Part shown: one piece after another, positions 43,600-56,028 of the stretch
Layout of the letters: every line of letters begins with the position of its first letter
Position numbering within the stretch: the stretch's first letter is position 1
Assembly: GCA_964016885.1 (NCBI GenBank)
Contig: OZ024742.1
Span: 226,238,001 to 226,302,000, forward strand
Source: Eledone cirrhosa
Lineage: Eukaryota
Direction of reading: 5' to 3'
DNA length: 64,000 bases
Made by a program: the position numbers and the translations under genes
The notes under the pieces: generated by a model
Seen by the model: only the letters and a program-made list of their open reading frames with translations
What the model was told of the DNA's origin: nothing
Database searches by the model: none

Positions 43600-43995
43600 A
43601 TAATTGTTTCTACTTTTGGCACAAGATCAACAATTACCCTGGTGCATTACTGGTGTTTGTTTTTTTTTATCGACCCTGTAAGGATGAAAATCAAAGTTAA
43701 CCTCAGCAGGATTTGAACCCAGAACGTAAAGGGCCATAACTCTATGCTGCAAAGCATGGTGTTTGATGCTCTACCAATACTGCCATTCCACCACCCTAAT
43801 AATAATAATTGTTTCTATTTTAGGCACAAGGCCAGCAATTACCCAGTACATTACTGGTACTTTATTTTATCGACCCCGTAAGGATGAAAGGCAAAGTTAA
43901 CCTCGGCGGGATTTGAACTCAGATCGTAAAGGGAGGTAACTCTATGCTTCAAAGCATGGCGCCCGACCCTCTACCGATACTTCCAATCCACCGCC
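43600..43995 (-). mobile_element. Tandem pair of Nin-domain-like SINEs separated by (AAT)n
   Basis: Copies at ~43603-43796 and ~43809-43995, each bounded by aataataat. Confidence 0.9.
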
Positions 43996-44145
43996 AATAA
44001 TAATAATAATAATAATGAAAATTATTATGTACAGTGCTCAGCTGCACTACAACTCATCAAAGGTGCATCTATAGTACATAGATAATGTACAAAAGTCAGG
44101 AAAGCAAACAGTGTATGAGTCATGATATCCACACAGATACACATA
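43996..44145 (-). mobile_element. CR1 3' UTR with (ATT)n tail, uninterrupted
   Basis: Colinear with 42117-42175 joined to 42367-42432. Confidence 0.7.
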
Positions 44146-44572
44146 CACACACATACGTGGATATGTAAGGAGGCTGGGAACTGAGGACATCAGAGGTCTC
44201 AATAGTGACTGACTCAAATAGGAATTGGTCCATATTTAGTTATCTTATCTTCTTCCACCCAGGTTTGAATTGTACACCTCAAAAACAAAAAAATATTTAC
44301 AGCCAGATACTTATATGAATTTATCACATTTGACTTAATTTCATTGACATTGGTAACCTCTTTTCTGGAGAATTCTTTTATTATTTTACTGGTTTCAGTC
44401 ATTAAAACAGCCATTCTGGGGCATCACCTTGAAAGGATTTAGTCAGTCATATCAACCCCAGTATTTATTTTTGCAAGTTTGATACTTATTTTATAAAATA
44501 TCTTTTTGTTGAATCAATGAAAAGAATGTAAACACAGGCACATATGCACATGCACGCACGTACACGCACACA

Positions 44573-44658
44573 CATACATACATACATACATACATACATA
44601 CATACATACATACATACATACATACATACATACATACATACATACATACATACATACA
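44573..44658. repeat. (CATA)n microsatellite
   Basis: About 21 perfect catA repeats. Confidence 0.97.
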
Positions 44659-44667
44659 GTGGCTGAC

Positions 44668-45105
44668 AATGTGTTTGCTGTGCCTGTCTTAACAACAACA
44701 TTCAGAATATTCAAATGGATGATAGATGAAATCTGAGCTATCAATGTTAAAATCCAAAAAATCCTAAACAACACCAAAAATGTCTACATCAACAGTGATA
44801 TAGACCACCTCTACTTGAAATGTAAGCAGGGAGGCAGAGACCTATCATTAACCCAGACAGCATTTGAGTGTCGCATCATATCCCTCTGACAACATCTATG
44901 AACCATCAAGCATAGGAGCCCATCTATGGAGCAAGTCTGTCTACATGGGGCAGATAAGGTGATAAGAGTTGGGAAGGAGCTCTTTGAGAAATACTCCCAG
45001 CATGATAATCAAAAACTCACATCCAAAGAAATTGCCCAGCAATACTGCAATGATACCATGGATGAAAAGCTGCATGTTTATCAGCAAAAACTCCTGCATG
45101 CATAT
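44668..45105 (+). mobile_element. R4/Dong-like (RLE-type) non-LTR retrotransposon fragment, post-RT region
   Basis: One frame from 44668 reads NVFAVPVLTTTFRIFKW..EI*AINVKIQKIL..SDIDHLYLKCKQGGRDL..QQKLLH, matching the R4-clade pattern N..A.PVL.Y.FG..W..ID.K.RK.L..RLY.PR..GGRGL..K.LHG. It has 3 stops. Confidence 0.75.
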
Positions 45106-45109
45106 GTTG

Positions 45110-47030
45110 CTTTTGCAGTCCATACCAATGCAGTCTTCTCTCCAGCACACCATCTTGGATTCCTCTTAAACCCAGTTTCTCCCTCAACTCATCCAGGCTC
45201 TGCCTTTCTCTCACATTTACATTGAACATCCAATGAAACATGGTAGCTTCATTTCTCTCCAGTCTACGCGTGTCCTCTGCTGTCACATGTTTCAATACCA
45301 TGCAGCATTACAGCCTTCCTTTATACATAGGGAGAAACCTTTTATTGTCAGCAGTAGTTCTCTAAACTTCTTCCATCCTATCCTTATTCTAGCTACTATA
45401 CTCTCGACGCACACTCATACTTTGCTAATTAAGTCACCTAGATAGCAGAAGCTATCAACCACATCTATGGATCTTTCCTGTGACTGGAAAAGGTTTATAT
45501 CATTGGTACTCTTCCTCTCGATTTCTCCTGTGTATCTTCTACATGCAGAGTTCTCCCTAACTGTTAGTCTACTCATTATCCCACTACGTGTACCTAAGGT
45601 TTACATTGTGTACACTCTATGGAGTTTATGCTTACTCCTTTTATGCATATTGAGCATAGCCACTTCCATGGAGGAATCTGGGTCTTATCTTCTCTCCTAC
45701 TCACTAGCAATTTAGGTTTGGCTAAGTTTACTCAGACCATTTGATTCCAAATTTAGTTTCCATAATCGGAATTTATTTTCTAGCTGTTTTTGGTTTCAGC
45801 TATAAGGACCAAATCATTTGCATAGAGAAGTTCCCATGGACAACCCATTTTAAACTCCTCTGTTATGGCCTGAAGAATTATGATGAACAGATGTGGGCTA
45901 AGAACTGAGCCTTGATGAACTTCTACCTGTACCTTGAATTCCTCACTAAACTCATTTCCTACTCTCACTTTACTACAGCTCCTCTGTACATAGCTTGCAT
46001 TGCTCTCACAAGCCATTCTTCTACACCTAATTTCCTCAAAGACCACCAGACCTTTTCTAAATCAACAAAAACTCTAGTGGCTTATTTTTTACTAGGAACT
46101 TCTCTTGTATTTGTTTCACTAAGAAGAGGGCATCTGTAGTACTTTTCCCAGGCATGAGACAAAACTGCATCTCATCTATTTTGACTCTTTCCCTAATTAG
46201 TTGCACTATAACTCTTTCTGGCACTTTCATAATTTGGTCTATTAGTTTTATTCCTCTATAGGTGCTCCTTTCTAAAGCACCACCTTTGGTGTTGATCAAC
46301 TGAAATCCTTATAGCAATTTATGATTGTACTGCTCTGCCAGTCATTGGATATGGCTCCATCATGTATTACTTCATTTACTATACGGGATGCTAGTTTGAC
46401 TCCTTCCTCTTCCAATGCTTTTAACATCTCCCTAACTATTTCTGATGGTCCTGCAACTTCACCATTCTTCATCTCCTTGATTGTGCCTTTGACCCTAAAA
46501 CTATCAACTTCAATAGCTGGTCCTTCTTTTGGGTAAGTTGGGGATAGTTTCTTTCTTAGCTACTTGGTACTGATCTCTTCTGTCCCCATTTTTCCAGTCT
46601 TTCCATGCCTGTCTCTTGGCTTTAATGGCTGCATCTATTATGTTGTTCCACCACCAGGTCACCCTCTGTCTGATTGGCACTTTACTCCAGCCGCAAGTTT
46701 CACCAGTAGTTCACAAAAGATTGTTGCGTAAGAATTTCCAGTTGTTCTCAACATTATATGTATCTAGCTCATCATCCCTCTCATCAAGTGCATCCTGTAG
46801 GGCCTTTCTAAACCTATATTTAACCAAGAGGTCGTTTAGCTTCCCCACCTTCTGTCTCCATATTTTCCTGCATGTCTTGTTCTGTCTTTTGTTTATTTTG
46901 ATGTCACTAATAACTAACTTATGCTGGGCAGTACATTCTTCCTCAGGGAAGGCCTTACTATTTATTACAGTCCATTTGTCTTGTTGTCTAACAAGTAATT
47001 GATTTGGCTTGTGCGTTTGCCTGATTGGTA
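45110..47030 (-). mobile_element. Decayed RTE copy
   Basis: ORFs 46057-46299 (YRGIKLIDQ..QF), 45780-46046 (VHQGSVLSP..LLYAND) and 45017-45301 (ERRLHWYG), with many frameshifts. Confidence 0.92.
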
Positions 47031-47249
47031 TTATACATAAGTAAATTTGTCACGAATATACATTACATCTCAATGAAAAGAGATCGCTAAAATAATCTCA
47101 TTCAGAGAAGCAGATACATATAGAGCATCTTATACGAAAATCATTGAGGGGTAGATGACTTTAAAGTAATCTAAATTAGCACTTCACAAACATCTTTCTC
47201 TAGGGATATATTCCTAGTCCATCAACCTAAAGCACGAGGCAACGTTTAC

Positions 47250-47408
47250 CCACACAGTTTCTGTTTACCAAATTCCACTCACAAGACATTGGTCAATCTG
47301 CGGCTATATTAGAATACACTTGCCCAAGGTGCCATGCAGTGGGAGTGAAGTAAAACCCACATGGTTGTGAAGCAAACTCCTTAATCACACAGCCATCTCC
47401 GTGCCTAC
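47250..47408 (-). mobile_element. tRNA-derived SINE, 5' part
   Basis: Minus strand has tggctgtgtgattaag (A-box-like), a degenerate B box and accttgggcaagtgt. Confidence 0.7.
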
Positions 47409-47799
47409 ATCTGAAACATGGTAAGTTAATGGCAAAGATTACTTCCATATAACACACAGTTTTCTGTCTGTGTATTGCTGGAAATTGTTAGAGGGTCAGA
47501 TGAGATGCCCTATTGTTATTTATTCAAGTTCTTTACATTCTGAATTCAAATCTTTCTGTGGCCTACATGGGTGGTAGATTTAATTCATCACCCAGTTTAA
47601 CACCACCACCTAGTTCTTGGGTGCCTTCAGAAGAGACCACTCATTTGTAAAGTATTGCAGCCAGGTCTCCAGTTTAAGGATATCTTCTTACTTACCTCCC
47701 TCTCCACCAGTCTCAAAGGCTCTGAAAATGGTCATGAGCACTGGTCTTCTGACCCCCACCCCCCATCTTCTGGACTAAACTGTAAAAATGTTTTTTCTC

Positions 47800-48310
47800 T
47801 CATTACTACAATCACTGCTATGCATATCAGAGCTTCTACAACCACAATTCACACTTCTACTACTACCAACACTACTATTACTGCTACAATGAACACAATA
47901 CACACAGCTACAACTACTACAAGAACCACAATTTACACTACTACCGCTGTTACACCCACTACTACTACTATCACCACCACCATTGCTGCTGCTTCAACTA
48001 CCAGCACAACCATCTCTACTAATGCCACTATGGCTGTTTCTATCTTTACAACAACTTCAACAGCAGTAGCCATCACTACCTCTGACACAACAATCACTAT
48101 TATGAGACAACAACCATTACCACCACCAAAACATTGTTGCCATCATGATTATGAGACCACCACAACCACCACCACCACCACTATTATGAGACAATCACAA
48201 CCTCCATGACCAACACTACAACCACCACCATGAGCAATGACTCTTCTGCCATCACCATCCCCACCACTACAACCACAATCTGTACCACAACCAGAGTCAT
48301 TGCTACAATA
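47800..48310. repeat. Degenerate (ACN)n low-complexity tract
   Basis: ACT/ACC/ACA triplets giving the Thr-rich ORF 47655-48209, with the same strand polarity as the main array. Confidence 0.75.
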
Positions 48311-48388
48311 GATAGTGCTGTTTTATAGTTATAAATTATGATATAGAGTGATTAGTTTTACACACAGTAGAAATATTACATCAATATA

Positions 48389-48435
<47 letters not shown>

Positions 48436-48840
48436 AGAGAGAGAGAGAGAGATGTGTATATATATGTGTGTGTGTATGTATATATACATATATATATATA
48501 GATAGATACATATTGATGTAATATATTCGGTGTGTATAAACTAATAACTATATATCAGTCAGTAGAATAGACAATTGTATGTTATATATAGTGTATATAT
48601 GAATATTATACACTATGTCCATTAATATATATAATGTGTACATACACTCACAGACACACATATATATATCATATATATATGCATCAATAGACTGAATGAA
48701 TATAATACATATATAACTTACAATGGTTGTATATAGCTTTAGTTAGTATGTAGTAGTAATGCTTCTGGTGGGGAATAGAGGGTCCTTGATATATATAATA
48801 AATTACCTTCCAACTTTACTTTTATTCTAGTTAGTTAGTG

Positions 48841-48892
<52 letters not shown>
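48841..48892. repeat. (GTA)n microsatellite
   Basis: About 17 perfect repeats. Confidence 0.95.
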
Positions 48893-49136
48893 ATGAGAAT
48901 TAATTCTGATGAGTATGAATTCATGGGGCCAACAATAAAATAGATTCATTTGTATAAATTATGTTGCAAGATATTTAAATCTTTTGATATCAAACCACCT
49001 AAAACTGCCCCTAGTTCTACATACAATACAAAACAGTATATTCATCTAAAAACATTCCATCATAATTTTGTTTAGGAAATTTATGTCATGCTCCAAACAC
49101 CAACTTAATAACGAGAATGCTGGTTATATTAATCAG

Positions 49137-49290
49137 TTGGATTGGAAGAGTCGGTAGAGCTTCAGACAACATGCTTTGCAGCAGAGAGTTACGGCCCTTT
49201 ATGTTCTGAGTTCAAATCCTGCCGAGGTTAGCTTTGCTTTTCATCCTTACAGGGTCGATAAAATAAAGCACCAGTAATGCACTGGTGTCA
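49137..49290 (+). mobile_element. Nin-domain-like SINE inside a piggyBac-type MITE remnant
   Basis: ggattggaagagtcggtagagc..gagttcaaatcctgccgagg..tttcatccttacagggtcgataaaataaagcaccagt. Confidence 0.85.
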
Positions 49291-51193
49291 ATTTAATTCA
49301 AAACTACTTGAAAATCATATACAATGTATTCCATTTGAAACATAGTAATGAAAGAGTTAATTCATAACTGATTATCAAAGTAAAATCAAATCAATAAGTA
49401 TGTGAAACTGAGACAATACATTCTGAATTCTGGCTAAATATTTCCTACTAAAACTAGATCTTTTTGTTCCCAATCCTTAAATGATCTAGTGTAATTCTTC
49501 CCCAAATACCATTTCCTCATGTTGTTCTCTCCAAAAAAGAACCCTGTTTTAGAATGTCAGCAGTCTTGTGACCCATAAACTTATTCCATTTTGTGAAGTT
49601 AATTTAATCTTTATTAATACCAAATTATCTGCCCCTGACTATTGTGGCAAACATTTCTACTATTCATACGAAATTATCTGCCCTTGACTATAGTAACACT
49701 ATCTAGTAAGACAGATGACAGACTGTCAGACTGACAGAGAAATAGGGATGGATAGATGAATGGGCAGATAGACATGGATGGATGACAGATAGACTGATAG
49801 ATAAATAATGAGATGGACAGGCAGACAATCAGATAGATGGATACACAGGCAGACAGACATAAATGGAGAGACAAAGGGTGAGAGAGAGAGGGAGAGAGGC
49901 AAATAGACAGGCAGACAGGCAGATATATAGACAGAACTAGATAATCTAAAGTATAATAAAGAATTATTATTCATCAGTGTTAACCTTCAAAGGTTATTAA
50001 AACATGACTTTCAACAAACGTGTCACTAATGAAGTAGATAATTGTTAGCAACGTGGTTGTTGCTAAGGTTTTGCAGCGTTAATAACAGTAGGGGTGGATG
50101 GAGGTGAGCTGGTTGCTAATGTAAACAATGTGTAGTGAGCGATAAGTTTGTTAATGTTTTCTAGTTCAAAACAGGGAGTGGGTGGTAAACTTGTTGCTAA
50201 GGTCTTGAGGCAAACAACTGACATGCAAGGTTATTACTGAGGTTTTCATGCAAACAACAGGGGTGGGAGTTAAGCTTTCTGTTAACATCTTTAGATTAAT
50301 ATATTAAATCTTCCAGTAACTCTCTAAAATTACATAACATTAGAAACGAAAATATGGTATTTTCAACTCATCTAATCTTGGACCATACCAACATTAAAAA
50401 CAGACATGTGATGATGATGATGATGATGATGATGATGACGATGATGATGATGATGATGACACCATTCTATAAATCATTGGTCTCTTCAATGTGTGGTTAA
50501 TCCAATGTCCCACTCTCTGTATGGAAATGTACCAGATCTATCTGGAATTCTCCAGATCTATCCAGAATTCTTCACATCTCCAGATCTATACAGAACATTC
50601 CAGTTGTTGATATCTCAAAATGGTGAAAGACAACTTCTGGAATGTCTCAAAAATGAATGTGTATGTGTGGTATGGTAAATAAATATATACATATACACCA
50701 GGTCTGAACACAAAGGAACCAAACTCCCACTGTCACTACTTCCATCTCTCCCGCTCTCGCCAACTCTCACTATTATGAGTAAATGGGGGCTCATGTGCTG
50801 GCTGGCCACGTGCTGCTCCCCCCGCAGCCTGGCAGACAGAATAGAGAAGGCATTTCCCTATAGGTTGGTGAGGGAGACACGCTGGAAGAGCCAGCTGGAA
50901 TTATGGAATATTTTCAAAATATACTGCGATCAAACAGACTGCAATTATGTTGGGACAGCAAATTGAAGGGATTTAATAAATCATATTGACCCTCAGTAGT
51001 TATTTTTTTCATGTCAGGTACTTATTTTATTGACTACTTTTTTGTCAAACACACACACACACACAGATACATCCAGCTGTAGAGGTCATGCCAAATATGG
51101 AACACATGAACAAGATGAGGTTATTCAAACCCAAACCAATTCAAGCCATGTCAGTAAAATTATGATATATGAATATATATATATATAATAAAT

Positions 51194-51385
51194 CATCATC
51201 ATCTTCATCGTTTAACATCCATCTTCCACGCTAGCATGGGTTAGATGGGAGTTGTCCCACTTGAGGCAAGGTTGGTCGGGTGACCGTGTCTCACTCATAT
51301 AGGACTATCTGGCAGGTTTTCTATGGATGGATGCCCTTCCTAACACCAACCACATTTACAGTGTGGAACTGGGAACTTTTTACCA
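51194..51385 (-). mobile_element. RTE 3' UTR/tail fragment
   Basis: Near-identical to 52834-53035. Confidence 0.9.
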
Positions 51386-51853
51386 TGTTACCTTAAAAAA
51401 CAATGGTCATATGACAACCACTTTGTGCATCTAGTAAGTCATAAAGTGCACATATGTCATCATCATCACCATTTAACATCCCTGTTTCCATGCTGGCATG
51501 GGTTTGCTGAGTTATTCTGTTGTGAGCAATGCCAGGTCATACAGAACCATCAGCAGGTGAAAATGTCAGCATAAAAAAATAAAATGTTAGAATGTTTTAT
51601 TTTACTATTAATATATATTTATACATACATATATCAGCATCATCGTCATCATTATTGTTGATTTAATATCCACTTTCCCTGCTAACAAGGGTTATATATA
51701 TATATATAATTATATAATAAAATGTAATTTGCTTGAAGCATTGCATATAATATATAATGTGGAGAGTGATATATGTAAGAAGGCTAAAACAATGCAAAAT
51801 GAATGGTAAGATGAAGGCAATGAAAAAGTTAGTTACTTAGTAACCTTTGTTTT

Positions 51854-52008
51854 CTGTGGGAGGTTTTTTGTCCTAATATTTCAGGACTTAAAAATTCCCT
51901 TTGTGGGAGGTTTTTTGTCCTAATATTTCAGGACTTAAAATTCCCTTTGTGGGAGGTTTTTTGTGGGAGGTTTTTTGTCCTAATATTTCAGGACGTAAAA
52001 TTCCCTTT
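51854..52008. repeat. Three tandem ~46-47-bp units plus a partial unit
   Basis: tgtgggaggttttttgtcctaatatttcaggac.taaaattccctt repeated. Confidence 0.9.
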
Positions 52009-52049
52009 GTCTGAGATAAAAATGTTCCAGTCTTTGAAATTAAATCTAA

Positions 52050-52720
52050 ATTTAAAATTTATAAACTGCTTTCAAGCGTTGTTTGACATTTTCAGTAGTA
52101 TTCACGAGAGCAGAAGGATAACGCCAGTTGCCATTTATAATATCTCGTGGAATCAAATTTCTTGTGTAAATCGTTGTGTTTAGGATGCGTGTGTATGCGT
52201 GTAGGTGTGTCCTTTTATGTCAAGTATTGTGTGCTGAGGTCCATTCTGTTATTGATTTTTGGGTTGAGTCTATGTATAAGCAAGGTTTATTTACTCTTAA
52301 ATTGACCATATTTCTCTCTCAGGTTTTAATATTGACTGTTATATTTTTGTTGGTGTCTCTGCATTTGTCAATGTGTTTTTTGAATGTGTGTTTTTAATGT
52401 GTTTTTTGAGGATGTGTGCGTGTTGAGGTGTTCTTTAATGTGAGTGTGAAATAGTTGAGTCGTACTACCAATGTTGAACTCCTTACATTTGTAGCATTCA
52501 ATCCGGTATACCACAGGTGTCCACTGGCAAATGCCTGTGTCACGGATAGGGCAGATTGTCAGTGTGCATTGGTTGTTGTTGTCTCTGGATTACTTTTTCA
52601 ATAGATATCTTCTCAATGAAAGGTCAGAGTGAGGTAGTTGTATGTCTAGTCCTTCCTTGCAAATGGCTCTGCAGATATCTGTGGTTATGTTTACACTGAA
52701 GTGTGGCACTTTCATGAAGC
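52050..52720 (-). mobile_element. Penelope-like element fragment (linker plus GIY-YIG endonuclease), decayed
   Basis: Minus strand reads CTLTICPIRDTGICQWTPVVYRIECYKCKEFNIGSTTQLFHTHIKEHL..LLIHRLNPKINNR, fitting the VVY.I.C..C..YIG.T..RI.EH..P.IN pattern of PLE endonucleases. Confidence 0.85.
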
Positions 52721-52833
52721 ATTCTGTAATCAGAAGAAGGGAGGTAGGCATGAAGGCCAAACTCGCTATCTTCAATTTGGTATTCATACCAATCCTTACC
52801 AATGGTCATGAATCTAATATAAGCCGAGGAATC

Positions 52834-53694
52834 ATCATCATCATCATCATCTTCATTTAACATTCATCTTCCACGCTAGCATGGGTTAGACGTGAGTTGT
52901 CCCATTTGAGGCAAGGTTGGTTGGGTGACCGTGTCTCGCTCATATAGGACTATCTGGCAGGTTTTCTACGGCTGGATGCCCTTCCTAACACCAACCACAT
53001 TTACAGTGTGGAACTGGGAACTTATTACCGTGTTACCTACACAGCCACATTACAGCGTGGACTGTATGTTTTTTTTTTGTCGTGACACCTACACGATCTC
53101 AATCTCATTATCTCATTTATTTGGACTGGATGTTGTGGTACCAACTTTACAGAGAGAGGGTGGTGTTGGTGGGAGTGGGAGGATAGGGTAGGGGTAGTGT
53201 GTTGGGGTGTATATTTGGTTAAGAGGTGCCTACTGACTGTAGGTTTCGCTTTGTACATAGGCAAGGCGGGTCTTCTGTATTACTGCGTAGTGCCAAAGAT
53301 CTCGGTCCAGTGACATTGTCTTAGAGAGGTGTAAGTGTGTAAGGTCGGAATTTATCAAATCGTCCCAGGTTTTTCTGGGTCTGCCTACTCCGTAACTACC
53401 ATCAATTTTGATCGCCCTACACTTTTTTATACAGCTGTCGTCTTTCATGCGCATCACGTGACCATAGCAACGTAGTCTTCTCTCGAGTAAACAGCATCTG
53501 ATCCCTCTTATTCCTAATTTCTCACTTAGTTCATTTATGCTTTGCCATTCACGCATATTACTATTACACATCCAATGGAGCATGCATGCTTCGTTCCTCT
53601 CCAGTCTGCGCAGGTCCTCTGCACACAATGCCCATGTCTCACTGCCATTTAGCATTGCTGTTCGTATACAGGCATCATACAATCTGCCTTTCAT
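52834..53694 (-). mobile_element. RTE 3' fragment (ORF 53230-53694, long UTR, (GAT)n tail)
   Basis: Protein is near-identical to ORF 222-620. The 5' truncation abuts (TA)n. Confidence 0.95.
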
Positions 53695-54089
53695 TTATAT
53701 ATATATATGACTAAAAAAAAATGAATGGTAAAATTAATGGTAAAATAGGGGACAGCTTATATTCGGAACAATATTTTGACAATTTTCATTAACTTCAAAT
53801 TCTAAGTAAATATGGTGCTAAAATATTTGGAGTTCGATGAAGATATATATTAGTTTCACACTTAATATAGTAGTAAAAGTCTTAACATTCTGGATGCTAG
53901 AAAATAAAATGAGAAATTAAAGAAGAAATTGAAAGATAGAGGAGAGTGGGTAGGGGCAGAAATGAAAAAAAAATTTCTTTGAGAAAAAGCACGTCTATTC
54001 ATTTCACAATGAATGGATATAAAGAGGCACTCAATATGTGTATGAAAGTGACGTCTAAACTAGTATTCTCCACTACCAACTAGCTTACC

Positions 54090-54260
54090 CTAAGACTCTG
54101 GCTCTCTGCTGGCCCACCTATTGTGGTGTTGTCCAGGTACCAAACGTTGAGAGGAGCGGTCATGCTCCATGCAATGCTGTCCAACCTGAGAGTGAAGAGA
54201 AGGAGGCCCAATGGATCACCCTGTTGGACGTCAGTTGAGGATGGTATTATAAGAATCTGG
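54090..54260 (-). mobile_element. CRE-like non-LTR reverse transcriptase fragment
   Basis: Minus strand reads DVQQGDPLGLLLFTL..LNVWYLDNTTIGGP, matching the QQGDPLGPLLF..WYLDD..IGG pattern. Confidence 0.7.
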
Positions 54261-54944
54261 AGTGATTATTTCACAATAAAACACTGTATTTCTACATTTA
54301 CTATATCATCATGAGTGTCATTTATGCACTGCCTTGAGAACATTCCCAACAAAATTTTTATTATTTGAACTTTTTTAAAATATAAATGTCCACAACACAT
54401 AAATGCATACAAGCACACACACACGAACATGTATGCCGACTATTTTTCCCTGTGTCTTAATTATACCTTTTTTTTCAATCTTGTTTTGTTTTATTTCACT
54501 GGCTCTCTCGCTCTTCTTTTGCTCTCGCTTTCTCTTTGTCTCACTCTATCCTCTCTTTCTCAATTGTTATCTCTTCGTCCTCTTTCTAAAGTCATTAAGT
54601 AGTGGATTTGTGAAACAAAAACAATATTCAAAACAACAGTTAAAACATTTTAGATATCAAAATATTAAAACTTCGTAAATATTTTTTCCACTCATGAGAA
54701 TTTCAAATCAGCACCATCTAAACATAATGTGTTGATTAGCTGCTTCTGCTTATAAACGGGGTTTGGATTTTTGTCCAATTCTCAGACATAAAATAGTGGG
54801 GATTGACTTATATTCAAGTATATACAGTATATCGCTTCCCTTCAGTCTTGTCAAGGACATGGCAACCTCCCTAGTGTTGGTGATTTACATGATAAACGCA
54901 GCCAGTATACGCGGTAAAGTGGTTGGTGATAGGAAGGGCATCCA

Positions 54945-56028
54945 TAATGAAATTATGACTGTCACATGACCAAGTACATTAAATTTCGCATCCGTATTTG
55001 GGAATTTCTTTTGTAGCCATTTAGAGAATTTTGTGCCAAACAAAAGATAATTGTTTCTACTTTAGGCACAAGGCCAGCAATTACCCAGTGCATTACTGGT
55101 ACTTTATTTTATCGACCCCGTAAGGATGAAAGGCAAAGTCAACCTCGGCGGGATTTGAACTTAGATCGTAAATGGACGTAACTATGCTGGAAAGCATGGC
55201 GTCCGACCCTCTACCGATACTGCCAATCCACCGCCCTAATGGCCAAGAAAAAGGGATGGGGAGAATTGTTCTGGTTCAGTGAATATGGCTGGGGTGTCAA
55301 AATTCAGACTCTCTATTAAAATAAAGAAAGTAGAGATATGTATCTTTATTTGTGTGCTGGTGTGTGTGTGTGTGTGTGCATGTGTGTGTGTAGGAAGATG
55401 ATTCTATTAGTAGAAATGGGGGAGGGAGTTGTGTGTGTGTATGGGTGTTATATGTGTGTGTGGGAGTATGGTTAGCATTTTAAGGTGGAGAGAATATATA
55501 TATTTTGTGTGTGTGTGTGTTGGAAAATGATTCCGTTAGTAGAAATGGGGGAGGGAGTTGTGTGTGTGTGGGGTGTGGTTAGCATGTTAAGGTGTTAGAT
55601 TATTATCGTATGTTAAGATTTATTTAGTTCTGGATTTTTATTTTCTAAAATAGGTGTTGTGTGTGTGTGTGTGTATGTATGTGTCTGTTTGGATGGTTAG
55701 CATGTTATGGTGTTGACATAATGTATATTAAACTATATTTAATGCTGGTCTATATTTTTGAATAAACATATTTTCCTTATTTATTCGTATTTGTTCTGCT
55801 GTATTGTCAGCGCAAAGATAAAATGGGAAGACTTGGACAGTCATAATTTCATTTATAACCAATCAAATTACATTTCAGCACTGAACCAGAACAACTCTCT
55901 CCATCCCTTTTTCTTGACCATTATCTTTTGTTTGGCACAAAATTCTCTAAATGGCTACAAAAAAATTCCAAAATATGGGCGCAAAATTTAATGTACTTGG
56001 TCACGTGACAGTCATAATTTCATTTATA
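54945..56028. mobile_element. Element with ~145-bp inverted arms (foldback/MITE-like); left arm split by a SINE
   Basis: 54945-55051 plus 55237-55282 is the reverse complement of ~55880-56028. The interior is (GT)-rich duplicated sequence. Confidence 0.75.
55050..55237 (-). mobile_element. Nin-domain-like SINE, complete
   Basis: Same family as 43809-43995. Flanked by taat on both sides. Confidence 0.9.

Noticed and set aside
47655-48209. Thr-rich 184-aa ORF as a mucin exon
   Set aside because: Degenerate (ACN)n tract with a TTG start and no supporting domain or splice evidence.
48900-48930. CTGATGA here, and tcatcag at ~10748, ~49971 and ~60027, as hammerheads
   Set aside because: No correctly placed GAAA or pairable stems.
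54800-54830. gacttatattcaagtatatacagta, resembling a pogo/Tc2 terminal repeat
   Set aside because: Only one degenerate end is visible, with no partner TIR or transposase.
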